DNA from: an uncultured Actinomycetes bacterium
Lineage (GTDB): Bacteria > Actinomycetota > UBA4738 > JBBDTT01
Direction: 5' to 3'
Assembly: GCA_963742735.1 (NCBI GenBank)
Contig: CAVUMN010000004.1
Location: 1,472,001 to 1,536,000 of the forward strand
DNA length: 64,000 nt
In this document: in pieces, positions 1 to 9,598 of the stretch
Layout: every line of letters starts with the position of its first letter
Position numbering within the stretch: position 1 is the first letter of the stretch
Position numbers and translations under genes: made by a program
The notes under the pieces: model-generated
Seen by the model: only the letters and a program-made list of their open reading frames with translations
The model's database searches: none
Told to the model about the DNA's origin: nothing

Positions 1-2
1 CC

Positions 3-821
3 AACGTCCTGCTCGACGAGGAGCTGACCAACGCGACCTTCGACGAGGTCAGCGCGGGCAAGGGCAGTCCCTGTGGTTTCTTCACGCCGGGGAACATGAG
101 CATCATCACGGACTGTCCCCTCGGAGACATCGCCCCCGGGGACTCGGTCTCGCTCTTCGTCGAGGCCGCTCCGGACGGGCCGGGCACGATGACCAACACC
201 GCCTCCGTCACCTCCGACACCGCGGACCCGGTCCCGGGGAACAACATCGACACCGCGGTGACGGACGTCGAGGAGGAGATCGACGTCGATCTGACCGGGG
301 CGGCGGCGCGGGACGGCATCCGGGAGGACAAGGAGGACGGCCGCCGGTCGCGCATGGGGATCGCCGGCATCCGCGCGGTCGGCACGCGCTTTGGCGTGCG
401 GGTGACCTGGCAGCAGACGTCGGGCTCCGCGGCGATCGTTCGCTACGCCACCGCGGACTTCCCGACCTCGGTCGACGCCGGCCGGGCCGGCTGCTCCGGC
501 GTGGGAGGCTGCACGATCACCGGTCTCCTTCGGGGGACGACGGTCTACCTGACGGTCTTCGCGCCCGGAGAGCGCTCGGTCACCCCGGTCCGCCGGGTGA
601 ACGCCGCCTCGCTCAAGGTTCGGGTCGAGGCCACCTCGCCCGGAGCCGGCGATCGGAGGACGTCGGGGGCCGGAGGGACGCGCTCGGGCACCGGCGACGA
701 CGCTCCGATCCGGTCCAGGACCGACCGGGATCGCCTCAGGTCCGACGCCCCCCGCGAGCGCACTCGGGACACCTCGGACGGCGGCGGCACGTCCAGATGG
801 AGTGTGAAGCGGGAGCGCTGA
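3..821 (+). CDS. 5'-truncated secreted/surface protein: DUF11 (OmcB-like) Ig domain, small Fn3-like domain and an Arg/Asp/Thr-rich C-terminal tail
   Basis: Frame is open from the window start. DUF11-type motif CPLGDIAPGDSVSLFV...TMTNTASVTSDTADPVPGNN. Ends in the charged tail ...RERTRDTSDGGGTSRWSVKRER. Confidence 0.7.
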   Translation, partial: NVLLDEELTNATFDEVSAGKGSPCGFFTPGNMSIITDCPLGDIAPGDSVSLFVEAAPDGPGTMTNTASVTSDTADPVPGNNIDTAVTDVEEEIDVDLTGAAARDGIREDKEDGRRSRMGIAGIRAVGTRFGVRVTWQQTSGSAAIVRYATADFPTSVDAGRAGCSGVGGCTITGLLRGTTVYLTVFAPGERSVTPVRRVNAASLKVRVEATSPGAGDRRTSGAGGTRSGTGDDAPIRSRTDRDRLRSDAPRERTRDTSDGGGTSRWSVKRER

Positions 822-836
822 GCACAATTGTGTTCA
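819..836. promoter_or_regulatory. 18-bp near-perfect palindrome, putative transcription-factor operator
   Basis: TGAGCACAATTGTGTTCA is self-complementary at 16/18 positions and AT-rich in a GC-rich background. It overlaps the upstream stop codon and lies upstream of the giant surface-protein gene. Confidence 0.5.
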
Positions 837-851
837 AGAGTCCACGCTCAA

Positions 852-867
852 CGTGACAAGGGTCACT
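852..867. promoter_or_regulatory. CRP/GlxR-like cAMP receptor protein binding site
   Basis: CGTGA-CAAGGG-TCACT matches the GTGA-N6-TCAC core of TGTGA-N6-TCACA and lies upstream of the operon containing the adenylate cyclase. Confidence 0.55.
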
Positions 868-970
868 CTGGAAACCTTGTCCCATTCGGCCAGCATCAGG
901 GAGAATAGGGCCGTTCGGGCGCCCCCCAGTCTCGCTGACGGCGCACCGGTACTTCTAGGGAAGCGGGCTG

Positions 971-3900
971 ATGGCGAAGGCTAAGAAGAGTCTGTGGGCC
1001 GTGCTGGTGGCCGTCGTTGCGATCGTCGCGGTCATCGCCGCCTTCCTCGTTTTCGGCGGTACCGAGAAGGCCGCCGCCAAGCAGTTCGCCACGCTGGAGG
1101 TCCTCGATGGCGGCGTCAACGTCAGCAAGGCGGGCGGCGCCTTTCAGGAAGGCGCCGATGGCCAGTCCCTGTCCGCAGGTGACGTCGTCCGAACGAACTC
1201 CGAGGGTCTTGCCGAGCTCGTCTACTTCGACGAGTCACTGACCCGGATCGGCCCCGATACCGAGTTCAAGCTCACCGAGCTCGTGAGCGTCGACAACGCG
1301 ACCGACACGAAGCGGATCAAGGGGTCGCAGGGACGCGGCCGCACCTGGAACCGGGTCACCGAGCTCGCCGACACACAGAGCCGGTTCGAGATCGAGACCC
1401 CGGTCGCCACGGCCGCGGTCAAGGGGACGCTCTTCGCAACCGAGTGCGACTTCTTCGGTGACTGCACCTTCATCGCGATCGAGAACGTCATCGAGGTCTG
1501 TAACGCCCTCGATGAGTGCGTGACGCTCGAGGCGTTCGCGGTCGTGCTCGTGAACGCCGACGGGACATTCGGCGACGTCCAGCCGTTCGACACCCTGGCG
1601 CAGCTGGTTGAGGCCTACCCCTGGATCTCGACAAACGTCTGCGACATCGAGGAGATCCAGGAGTGTGTCGAGCCGCTTCCGCCCGAGGTTGACGTCAACG
1701 AGCCCAACCCGACTCCGCTGCCGCCGCCCGGCAACTCCGGCGAGACTCCCGGCGGCTCGGGCGACACCCCCGGCGGTGAGACGCCCGGCGGCGGCCCCGG
1801 ACCGACGACTCCGCCACCTCCGCCACCCGGACCGCAGCCGAACCACGACCCGATCGCATCCTTCTCCGCCTCGACGTTGACGGGCGGAGCGCCGCTGATC
1901 GTCTCGTTCATCGACACGTCCACCGATCCCGACGGTGACGCGCTCGAGCATTCGTGGTCCTTCGGCGACGGAACGTCCTCGACGCAGACCAACCCGATCC
2001 ACATCTTCAGCCTGGGTACCTGGACCGTGACCGAGACGGTCACCGATCCGTCGGGTGCGTCGGACTCGGCGACGCGGACCGTCACCGCACTCGACCTGAC
2101 GCCTCCCGCCGCGCCGACGATCACCGACGGACCCGATAGTCCGACGAACGAGACCGACGCGACCTTCACCTTCGTCGCCGGCGGCGGGGCCGCCACGACG
2201 GCCGCCGTGTTCACCGCGGTCCTCGCCGCGGCGGACGACACCGTCGGGTTCGAGTGTCGCGTCGCCCCAGCTGCTTTCGGACCATGCGACTCGCCGGCCG
2301 CGTTCGGCGGACTGCCGGCGGGCTCCCGTCTGTTCGAGGTCCGCGCGTTGGACGCCGCGGGGAATCGCTCGGCCCCCACTTCCTTCAACTGGGTGATCGA
2401 CCTGACCGCGCCGACGGCCTCCGTCGACTCCGGTCCCGACGACCCGACGACGTCGCACGATGCGACCTTCGCGGTCTCGTCGAACGACCCCACGGCATCG
2501 CTGACGTGCGTCCTCGATGGCGGCGCGCCCGCGGATTGCTCCGACGGTTCGATCAGCTACTCGGACCTGGACGTCGCCGACCACACCTTCTCCGTCGTCG
2601 CGCAGGACCCAGCGGGCAACACCTCTTCGCCGGCGACCTACAGCTGGACGGTCGTGGCGCCGAATCAGGCGCCGGTCTGTGACAACGACTCCGGCACGAC
2701 CGACGAGGACACTCAGCTGGCCGACTCCGTGTCCTGCTCCGACCCCGACGGCGGCTCGCTGACCTACGCCGAAGGCACCGGGCCTACCAATGGATCCCTG
2801 ACGCTCAACGCCGACGGCACCTTCACCTACGACCCGGACCCGAACTTCAGCGGCTCGGACTCCTTCACGTTCACCGCCTCCGACGGCGCGGCCACCTCGG
2901 GGCCGGCGACCTACTCGATCACCGTTGACCCCGCGAACGACGGGCCCACCTGTGAGAACGACTCCGGCACGACCGCAGAGGACACTCAGCTGGCCGACTC
3001 GGTGGTCTGCACCGACCCCGACGGCGACTCGCTGACCTACGCCGAAGGCACCGGGCCTACCAATGGATCCCTGACGCTCAACGCCGATGGGACCTTCACC
3101 TACGACCCGGACCCGAACTTCAGCGGCTCGGACTCCTTCACGTTCACCGCCTCCGACGGCGAGCTCACCTCTGATGCCGCGACCTACTCGATCACCGTCG
3201 ACTCGGTGAACGACGGGCCCACCTGTGAGAACGACTCCGGCACGACCACGGAGGACACTCAGCTGGCCGACTCGGTGGTCTGCACCGACCCCGACGGCGA
3301 CTCGCTGACCTACGCCGAGGGCACCGGGCCTACCAATGGATCCCTGACGCTCAACGCCGACGGCACCTTCACCTACGACCCGGACCCGAACTTCAGCGGC
3401 TCGGACTCCTTCACGTTCACCGCCTCCGACGGCGCGGCCACCTCGGGGCCGGCGACCTACTCGATCACCGTTGACCCCGCGAACGACGGGCCCACCTGTG
3501 AGAACGACTCCGGCACGACCGCAGAGGACACTCAGCTGGCCGACTCGGTGGTCTGCACCGACCCCGACGGCGACTCGCTGACCTACGCCGAAGGCACCGG
3601 GCCTACCAATGGATCCCTGACGCTCAACGCCGATGGGACCTTCACCTACGACCCGGACCCGAACTTCAGCGGCTCGGACTCCTTCACGTTCACCGCCTCC
3701 GACGGCGAGCTCACCTCTGATGCCGCGACCTACTCGATCACCGTCGACTCGGTGAACGACGGGCCGAGCTGTGAGAACGACTCCGGCACGACCGCAGAGG
3801 ACACCCAGCTGGCCGACTCGGTGGTCTGCACCGACCCCGACGGCGACTCGCTGACCTACGCCGAGGGCACCGGGCCGGCGAACGGATCCCTGACGCTCAA

Positions 3901-6658
3901 CGCCGATGGGACCTTCACCTACGACCCGGACCCGAACTTCAGCGGCTCTGACTCCTTCACGTTCACCGCCTCCGACGGCTCGGCCGCCTCCGACCCGGCT
4001 ACCTACTCGATCACGGTCACCGCCGCGAACGACGGGCCCACCTGTGAGAACGACTCCGGCACGACCGCAGAGGACACTCAGCTGGCCGACTCGGTGGTCT
4101 GCACCGACCCCGACGGCGACTCGCTGACCTACGCCGAAGGCACCGGGCCTACCAATGGATCCCTGACGCTCAACGCCGATGGGACCTTCACCTACGACCC
4201 GGACCCGAACTTCAGCGGCTCGGACTCCTTCACGTTCACCGCCTCCGACGGCGAGCTCACCTCTGATGCCGCGACCTACTCGATCACCGTCGACTCGGTG
4301 AACGACGGGCCCACCTGTGAGAACGACTCCGGCACGACCACGGAGGACACTCAGCTGGCCGACTCGGTGGTCTGCACCGACCCCGACGGCGACTCGCTGA
4401 CCTACGCCGAGGGTACCGGGCCTACCAATGGATCCCTGACGCTCAACGCCGACGGCACCTTCACCTACGACCCGGACCCGAACTTCAGCGGCTCGGACTC
4501 CTTCACGTTCACCGCCAGCGACGGCTCGGCCACCTCCGACCCGGCCACGTACTCGATCACGGTCACCGCCGCGAACGATGGACCCAGCTGCTCGAACGAC
4601 TCAGGCACGACCGACGAGGACACTCAGCTGGCCGACACCGTCGCCTGCTCCGACCCCGACGGCGACTCGCTGACCTACGCCGAGGGCACCGGGCCGGCGA
4701 ACGGGACCCTGGCCTTCAACGCCGACGGCACCTTCACCTACGACCCGGACCCGAACTTCAGCGGCTCGGACTCCTTCACGTTCACCGCCTCCGACGGCGC
4801 GGCCACCTCGGGGCCGGCGACCTACTCGATCACCGTTGACCCCGTGAACGACGCGCCGGTCTGTACGAGCGACTCGGGTTCGACGAATGAGGACACCCAG
4901 CTCACCGACACGGTGGTGTGCACCGACACTGAGGGCGACAGCCTCACGTACGCCGAGGCGAGTGAGGCCTCCAACGGCGAGGTGACCGTCAACGCCGACG
5001 GCACCTTCACCTACGACCCGGACCCGAACTTCAGCGGCTCGGACGCCTTCACGTTCACCGCCTCCGACGGCGCGGCCACGTCGTCCCCGGCCACGTACTC
5101 GATCACGGTCACCGCCGCGAACGATGGACCGAGCTGTGAGAACGACTCCGGCACGACCGGCGAGGACACGCAACTGGCCGACACCGTGGCCTGCACCGAC
5201 CCCGAGGGCGACTCGCTGACCTACGCCGAGGGGACCGGGCCGGCGAACGGATCCCTGACGCTCAACGCCGATGGGACCTTCACCTACGACCCGGACCCGA
5301 ACTTCAGCGGCTCGGACTCCTTCACGTTCACCGCCAGCGACGGCTCGGCCACCTCCGACCCGGCCACGTACTCGATCACGGTCACCGCCGCGAACGATGG
5401 ACCCAGCTGCTCGAACGACTCAGGCACGACCGACGAGGACACTCAGCTGGCCGACACCGTCGCCTGCTCCGACCCCGATGGCGACTCGCTGACCTACGCC
5501 GAGGGCACTGGGCCGGCGAACGGGACCCTGGCCTTCAACTCCGATGGGACCTTCACCTACGACCCGGACCCGAACTTCAGCGGCTCTGACGCCTTCACGT
5601 TCACCGCCTCCGACGGCGAGCTCACCTCTGATGCCGCGACCTACTCGATCACCGTCGACTCGGTGAACGACGGGCCGAGCTGTGAGAACGACTCAGGCAC
5701 GACCGACGAGGACACTCAGCTGGCCGACACCGTCGCCTGCTCCGACCCCGATGGCGACTCGCTGACCTACGCCGAGGGCACCGGGCCGGCGAACGGGACC
5801 CTGGCCTTCAACTCCGATGGGACCTTCACCTACGACCCGGACCCGAACTTCAGCGGCTCTGACTCCTTCACGTTCACCGCCTCCGACGGCTCGGCCGCCT
5901 CCGACCCGGCTACCTACTCGATCACGGTGACGGCCGACGAGGAGGCCACCCTGACGGTGAACAAGAGCGGCACCGGGACCGGCTCGGTCTCCGGTGACGG
6001 GATCACGTGCGGCGGCGACTGCACCGAGACCGCCGAGGTTGGCACCGTCTTCGTGCTGTCCGCCACCGCCGACTCTGGGTCCTCGTTCGACGGCTGGTCG
6101 GGGTGCGACTCCGTCGACGGCAACAGCTGCACGGTGACCCTTGCTTCCGGCGGGACCACGGTGACGGCGAGCTTCCTTGAGGAGACGAACTTCGCGCCGC
6201 AGTGCGAGAACATCGAGGACAGCGTTCGCAACACTCAGCCGAACGTGACGATCCAGGTTGGGAGGGCGTGCTCCGATCCCAACGAGGACGACACGCTTTC
6301 GATCCTGAGCTTCACGGAGCCTGAGAACGGCGATGTCATCGTGCAGGCCGGTGGGAGCATGAACATCAAGTACAACCCGGACGACTGCTTCGTGGGCACG
6401 GACGTGTTCACCGTCACGGTGACCGACGGCGAGCTCTCCACCACGCTGACGGTCTCGATCCAGGTGACGGGCGAGAGTTGTGAAACGGCGAGTACGTCCT
6501 TGGCGATCACGAGCGAGGAGCCCCGACCCCGGCGTTCGTCGGATCCATCGCCCACCCGGAGAGAGCGCACCCGCGAAACGCGGACGACGGACACGACTCG
6601 CGAGCGCGACACGCGCGACCGGACCCGGGAACGCGACGGAACCCACTTCGGGCGGTGA
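971..6658 (+). CDS. Giant membrane-anchored surface protein: N-terminal TM/signal anchor, FecR-like domain, Pro-rich linker, PKD domain, Ig-like domains, 12 tandem cadherin-like/Big_9 (tandem-95) repeats, B-repeat-like domain, charged tail
   Basis: MAKAKK followed by a hydrophobic helix. FecR-type motifs GDVVRT...FDESLTRIGPDTEF...RFEIETPVATAAVKGT. PKD motif DPDGDALEHSWSFGDG. Repeats of EDT...DPDGDSLTY...NGSLTLNADGTFTYDPDPNFSGSDSFTFTASDG. Confidence 0.85.
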   Translation: MAKAKKSLWAVLVAVVAIVAVIAAFLVFGGTEKAAAKQFATLEVLDGGVNVSKAGGAFQEGADGQSLSAGDVVRTNSEGLAELVYFDESLTRIGPDTEFKLTELVSVDNATDTKRIKGSQGRGRTWNRVTELADTQSRFEIETPVATAAVKGTLFATECDFFGDCTFIAIENVIEVCNALDECVTLEAFAVVLVNADGTFGDVQPFDTLAQLVEAYPWISTNVCDIEEIQECVEPLPPEVDVNEPNPTPLPPPGNSGETPGGSGDTPGGETPGGGPGPTTPPPPPPGPQPNHDPIASFSASTLTGGAPLIVSFIDTSTDPDGDALEHSWSFGDGTSSTQTNPIHIFSLGTWTVTETVTDPSGASDSATRTVTALDLTPPAAPTITDGPDSPTNETDATFTFVAGGGAATTAAVFTAVLAAADDTVGFECRVAPAAFGPCDSPAAFGGLPAGSRLFEVRALDAAGNRSAPTSFNWVIDLTAPTASVDSGPDDPTTSHDATFAVSSNDPTASLTCVLDGGAPADCSDGSISYSDLDVADHTFSVVAQDPAGNTSSPATYSWTVVAPNQAPVCDNDSGTTDEDTQLADSVSCSDPDGGSLTYAEGTGPTNGSLTLNADGTFTYDPDPNFSGSDSFTFTASDGAATSGPATYSITVDPANDGPTCENDSGTTAEDTQLADSVVCTDPDGDSLTYAEGTGPTNGSLTLNADGTFTYDPDPNFSGSDSFTFTASDGELTSDAATYSITVDSVNDGPTCENDSGTTTEDTQLADSVVCTDPDGDSLTYAEGTGPTNGSLTLNADGTFTYDPDPNFSGSDSFTFTASDGAATSGPATYSITVDPANDGPTCENDSGTTAEDTQLADSVVCTDPDGDSLTYAEGTGPTNGSLTLNADGTFTYDPDPNFSGSDSFTFTASDGELTSDAATYSITVDSVNDGPSCENDSGTTAEDTQLADSVVCTDPDGDSLTYAEGTGPANGSLTLNADGTFTYDPDPNFSGSDSFTFTASDGSAASDPATYSITVTAANDGPTCENDSGTTAEDTQLADSVVCTDPDGDSLTYAEGTGPTNGSLTLNADGTFTYDPDPNFSGSDSFTFTASDGELTSDAATYSITVDSVNDGPTCENDSGTTTEDTQLADSVVCTDPDGDSLTYAEGTGPTNGSLTLNADGTFTYDPDPNFSGSDSFTFTASDGSATSDPATYSITVTAANDGPSCSNDSGTTDEDTQLADTVACSDPDGDSLTYAEGTGPANGTLAFNADGTFTYDPDPNFSGSDSFTFTASDGAATSGPATYSITVDPVNDAPVCTSDSGSTNEDTQLTDTVVCTDTEGDSLTYAEASEASNGEVTVNADGTFTYDPDPNFSGSDAFTFTASDGAATSSPATYSITVTAANDGPSCENDSGTTGEDTQLADTVACTDPEGDSLTYAEGTGPANGSLTLNADGTFTYDPDPNFSGSDSFTFTASDGSATSDPATYSITVTAANDGPSCSNDSGTTDEDTQLADTVACSDPDGDSLTYAEGTGPANGTLAFNSDGTFTYDPDPNFSGSDAFTFTASDGELTSDAATYSITVDSVNDGPSCENDSGTTDEDTQLADTVACSDPDGDSLTYAEGTGPANGTLAFNSDGTFTYDPDPNFSGSDSFTFTASDGSAASDPATYSITVTADEEATLTVNKSGTGTGSVSGDGITCGGDCTETAEVGTVFVLSATADSGSSFDGWSGCDSVDGNSCTVTLASGGTTVTASFLEETNFAPQCENIEDSVRNTQPNVTIQVGRACSDPNEDDTLSILSFTEPENGDVIVQAGGSMNIKYNPDDCFVGTDVFTVTVTDGELSTTLTVSIQVTGESCETASTSLAITSEEPRPRRSSDPSPTRRERTRETRTTDTTRERDTRDRTRERDGTHFGR
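2663..5938 (+). repeat. 12 intragenic tandem repeats of 273 nt (91 aa)
   Basis: Repeat starts at 2663, 2936, 3209, 3482, 3755, 4028, 4301, 4574, 4847, 5120, 5393 and 5666 (exact 273-nt period). Near-identical DNA, for example cctaccaatggatccctgacgctcaacgcc recurs. Confidence 0.95.
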
Positions 6659-6711
6659 CCCGGGGACTGTGACCCGGCTCGACGCGACGGACCTCGCGTG
6701 AGCACCAGCTC

Positions 6712-8691
6712 ATGAAGCGCTCGCCCCTGTTCCGCATCGCCGTTTCGATCGTGATCGCCGGCCTCGTCACGCTCGGCTCCTGGGCGGGCCTCGACGCCAA
6801 CATCTTCGGCGGCTCGCAGCTGCGCTTCGCGGACGCCCTGTTCCCCGCGACCGACGCCGACACCCGCGTGGTGGTCGTCGGGATCGATGACGCGAGCCAG
6901 ACCGAGCTCGGCCAGTGGCCGTTCCCGCGCCGGGTCCACGCCCGGATCGTCGACAACCTCTCCCGCGCGGGCGCGAACGTCATCGTCTACGACGTCGTGT
7001 TCGACCCGGGCACCCCCAATGACGCCGCGTTCGCGGCCTCGATCAAGGACGCCGGCAACGTCATCCTCGCGGCGGCGGCCGAGTTCCCGCCCGGAAAGCC
7101 CGAGGGCAACCTCCTGGTCGCGGATCAGTTCGTGCCGCCGGTTCCCGAGCTCGCCGAGCCGGCGCTCGCCGTGGCCCACGCCAACGTGACCCCCGACGCC
7201 GACCAGACCGTCCGCGCCATCCCCCTCGTCATCGACGTGGGAGGCGAGCTGGTGCCGTCGCTGTCGCTCCAGGCCCTGATGACCATGGAGGGCCTCGAGG
7301 GGCCCCTGACCCTTCGCAAGGAGGCCCTGCAGGTCGGCGACACGACCATCCCGGTGGGCGAGGGCCAGATCATGGACCTGAACTTCGCCGACGAGCTGAA
7401 GTTCGAGCCGGACCTCTCGGCGGGGCAGGTCTACAACAACGAGTTCGATCCCGAGGCGGTGACCGGCAAGACCATCTTCATCGGGACCACCGACTTCACC
7501 CTGCGCGATACCCGCATCACGCCGATCGGAGAGATCCCCGGGGTGTTCGTCCACGCCAACGCGCTCAACACCATGCTGCGCGGCGCGTTCATCGAGCCGG
7601 CCTCGCTCGGCACGAACCTCCTGGCCGTGTTCGTCCTTGCCTTCGCGATCGCGATCATCGTCCAGTTCCTGCCGATGACCCTGTCGTGGATCGCCGCGGT
7701 GGCCCTGGGCGTCGTCTACATCCTGTTCGTGTTCTCGAGGGCCGACAACGGCACCGTGATGAACTTCGTGTACCCGAACGGCGCCATCGGCTTCGGCTTC
7801 GTCGCGTCCCTCGGCGTGAAGTACTTCACCGAGGTCCGAGAGCGCCGGCGCGTAACCCAGACGTTCGGGCGGTACCTGTCCAAGGACGTGGTCGCGGAGG
7901 TCCTGTCCGCCCCCGAGGGGGCGGTCGCCACGCTGAAGGGAGCCATGCGTCCGCTCTCGGTCCTGTTCGCCGACCTCCGCGGGTTCACGGCCGCCTCCGA
8001 GAACGCCCTGCCGGGGGACGTCGTCACCGCACTCAACATCTACCTGGACGCCATGACCCGTGCCGTGGTCGAGGAGAAGGGGACCATCGACAAGTTCATG
8101 GGTGACTGCGTGATGGCGTTCTGGGGCGCGCCGAAGCCCGACGCCGACTACGTGAACCGCGCGGTCCGCGCCGGCATGCGGATGCTCGACTACATCGACG
8201 AGGCCGTGGCGACGCGCGAGGAGATCCAGCTGCTGAAGGTCAAGGGGTGCGGCGTGGGGATCTCCGCGGGGATGGCCGTGGTCGGCAACATCGGCTCGCA
8301 CGAGCGCCTGGACTACACGGCCATCGGCGACACCGTGAACACCGCCAGCCGGCTGTGCGGAGTGGCCGGCGCCGGCGAGGTCGTGGTGACCGAGGACGCC
8401 GCCGCGTTCCTGGACGAGGCGACCTTCCGGATGGCCGCGCTCCCGCCCCTGCTGGTGAAGGGCAAGGTCGAGCCGCTGCACGTCTTCCAGGTCCTGCGCG
8501 AGGGCCAGGAGGCGAAGGTGTTCGCCGAGGGCGAGACCATCGACACCGCCGAGGAGAAGGGCCATTTCGAGCCGGACCTCAAGGCCGTTCCCGAGCCCCC
8601 GAAGGCCGCCGGCTACGCACCCGTGGAGCCCGCCTCCACGAAGCCGGACGGCGCCGTGATCAGCCCCCAGGAGAAGGAACCGGCCGAGTAA
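6712..8691 (+). CDS. CHASE2-domain class III adenylate cyclase
   Basis: CHASE2 motifs VVVVGIDDAS..ELGQWPFPRRVHA and PGVFVHANAL, then three TM helices. Cyclase motifs VLFADLRGFT, IDKFMGDCVMAFWG (Lys indicates ATP specificity) and YTAIGDTVNTASRL (Thr, class IIIb-like). Confidence 0.93.
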   Translation: MKRSPLFRIAVSIVIAGLVTLGSWAGLDANIFGGSQLRFADALFPATDADTRVVVVGIDDASQTELGQWPFPRRVHARIVDNLSRAGANVIVYDVVFDPGTPNDAAFAASIKDAGNVILAAAAEFPPGKPEGNLLVADQFVPPVPELAEPALAVAHANVTPDADQTVRAIPLVIDVGGELVPSLSLQALMTMEGLEGPLTLRKEALQVGDTTIPVGEGQIMDLNFADELKFEPDLSAGQVYNNEFDPEAVTGKTIFIGTTDFTLRDTRITPIGEIPGVFVHANALNTMLRGAFIEPASLGTNLLAVFVLAFAIAIIVQFLPMTLSWIAAVALGVVYILFVFSRADNGTVMNFVYPNGAIGFGFVASLGVKYFTEVRERRRVTQTFGRYLSKDVVAEVLSAPEGAVATLKGAMRPLSVLFADLRGFTAASENALPGDVVTALNIYLDAMTRAVVEEKGTIDKFMGDCVMAFWGAPKPDADYVNRAVRAGMRMLDYIDEAVATREEIQLLKVKGCGVGISAGMAVVGNIGSHERLDYTAIGDTVNTASRLCGVAGAGEVVVTEDAAAFLDEATFRMAALPPLLVKGKVEPLHVFQVLREGQEAKVFAEGETIDTAEEKGHFEPDLKAVPEPPKAAGYAPVEPASTKPDGAVISPQEKEPAE

Positions 8692-8734
8692 ACTTCCGCG
8701 GTACAGGCCTTCCCCCCGACCAGAGACGAGGCCC

Positions 8735-9598
8735 ATGGCCGAGGCACGCACCATCGACGCGGACAGGGAGGCGCAGGTCGAGCGCCTCAAGGACGTCGCC
8801 CGCGAGCTGCGCGTCACCGACATCGAGATGCTCACCGAGGCCGGCTCGGGCCACCCCGGCGGAACCCTCTCCGCGGCCGACCTGGTCGCGGCCCTCTACT
8901 TCTACAAGCTGCGCCTGCGGCCGGAGGAGCCGGCCTGGCCCGACCGGGACCGGTTCATCCTGTCGAAGGGCCACTGCATCCCGATCGTCTACGCGGCCAT
9001 GGCCAAGCTCGGGTTCTTCGAGGAGAAGCTCCTGATGACCCTGCGCAAGCTGGGCTCGCCTCTGCAGGGCCACCCCGACCGGACCCGCCTGCCGGGGATC
9101 GAGGCCTCGACGGGCTCGCTCGGGCAGGGCCTGTCCGTGGCGGTGGGGATGGCGATCGCGGCCAAGCTCGACAAGGCCAGCTGGCGCGTCTACTGCATGC
9201 TCGGCGACGGCGAGGTCCAGGGCGGCCCGGTGTGGGAGGCGTCGATGCTCGCGGGCTACCGCAAGCTCGACAACCTGTGCGGGATCCTGGACGCCAACCA
9301 GGTCCAGCAGACCGGCAAGGTCACGGATCGGCTGGACATCGAGCCGACCGTCGCCAAGTGGCGCGCGTTCAACTGGCACGTTCGCGAGATCGACGGGCAC
9401 GACATGGCCGAGATCGTCGACGCGCTCGACGAGGCCGAGGTCGTGGCCGACCGGCCGACGATGATCGTGGCCCGGACCGTGAAGGGGAAGGGCGTGTCCT
9501 GGATGGAGCTCAACTCGAGCTGGCACGGCAAGGCCCCGAACCCCGAGGAAGCCAAGAAGGCCATCGCCGAGCTCCGTGGCGAGGCAGGTGAGGCCTGA
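8735..9598 (+). CDS. Transketolase, N-terminal (TPP-binding) subunit
   Basis: Motifs SGHPGG, DRDRFILSKGH, STGSLGQG and GDGE..G.VWEA. Confidence 0.92.
   Translation: MAEARTIDADREAQVERLKDVARELRVTDIEMLTEAGSGHPGGTLSAADLVAALYFYKLRLRPEEPAWPDRDRFILSKGHCIPIVYAAMAKLGFFEEKLLMTLRKLGSPLQGHPDRTRLPGIEASTGSLGQGLSVAVGMAIAAKLDKASWRVYCMLGDGEVQGGPVWEASMLAGYRKLDNLCGILDANQVQQTGKVTDRLDIEPTVAKWRAFNWHVREIDGHDMAEIVDALDEAEVVADRPTMIVARTVKGKGVSWMELNSSWHGKAPNPEEAKKAIAELRGEAGEA

Noticed and set aside
2663-5938. Regular repeats as a possible CRISPR array or DGR template
   Set aside because: The units are 273 nt, in frame and protein-coding. There are no unique spacers, no cas or reverse transcriptase genes, and no adenine-specific variation.
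6235-8835. Long antisense and alternate-frame ORFs (this one and many like it, e.g. 26009-28663, 29264-31777, 40749-42782)
   Set aside because: These are typical stop-poor shadows of high-GC coding sequence. They are Arg/Gly/Pro-rich, have no motifs, and lie opposite well-supported genes.
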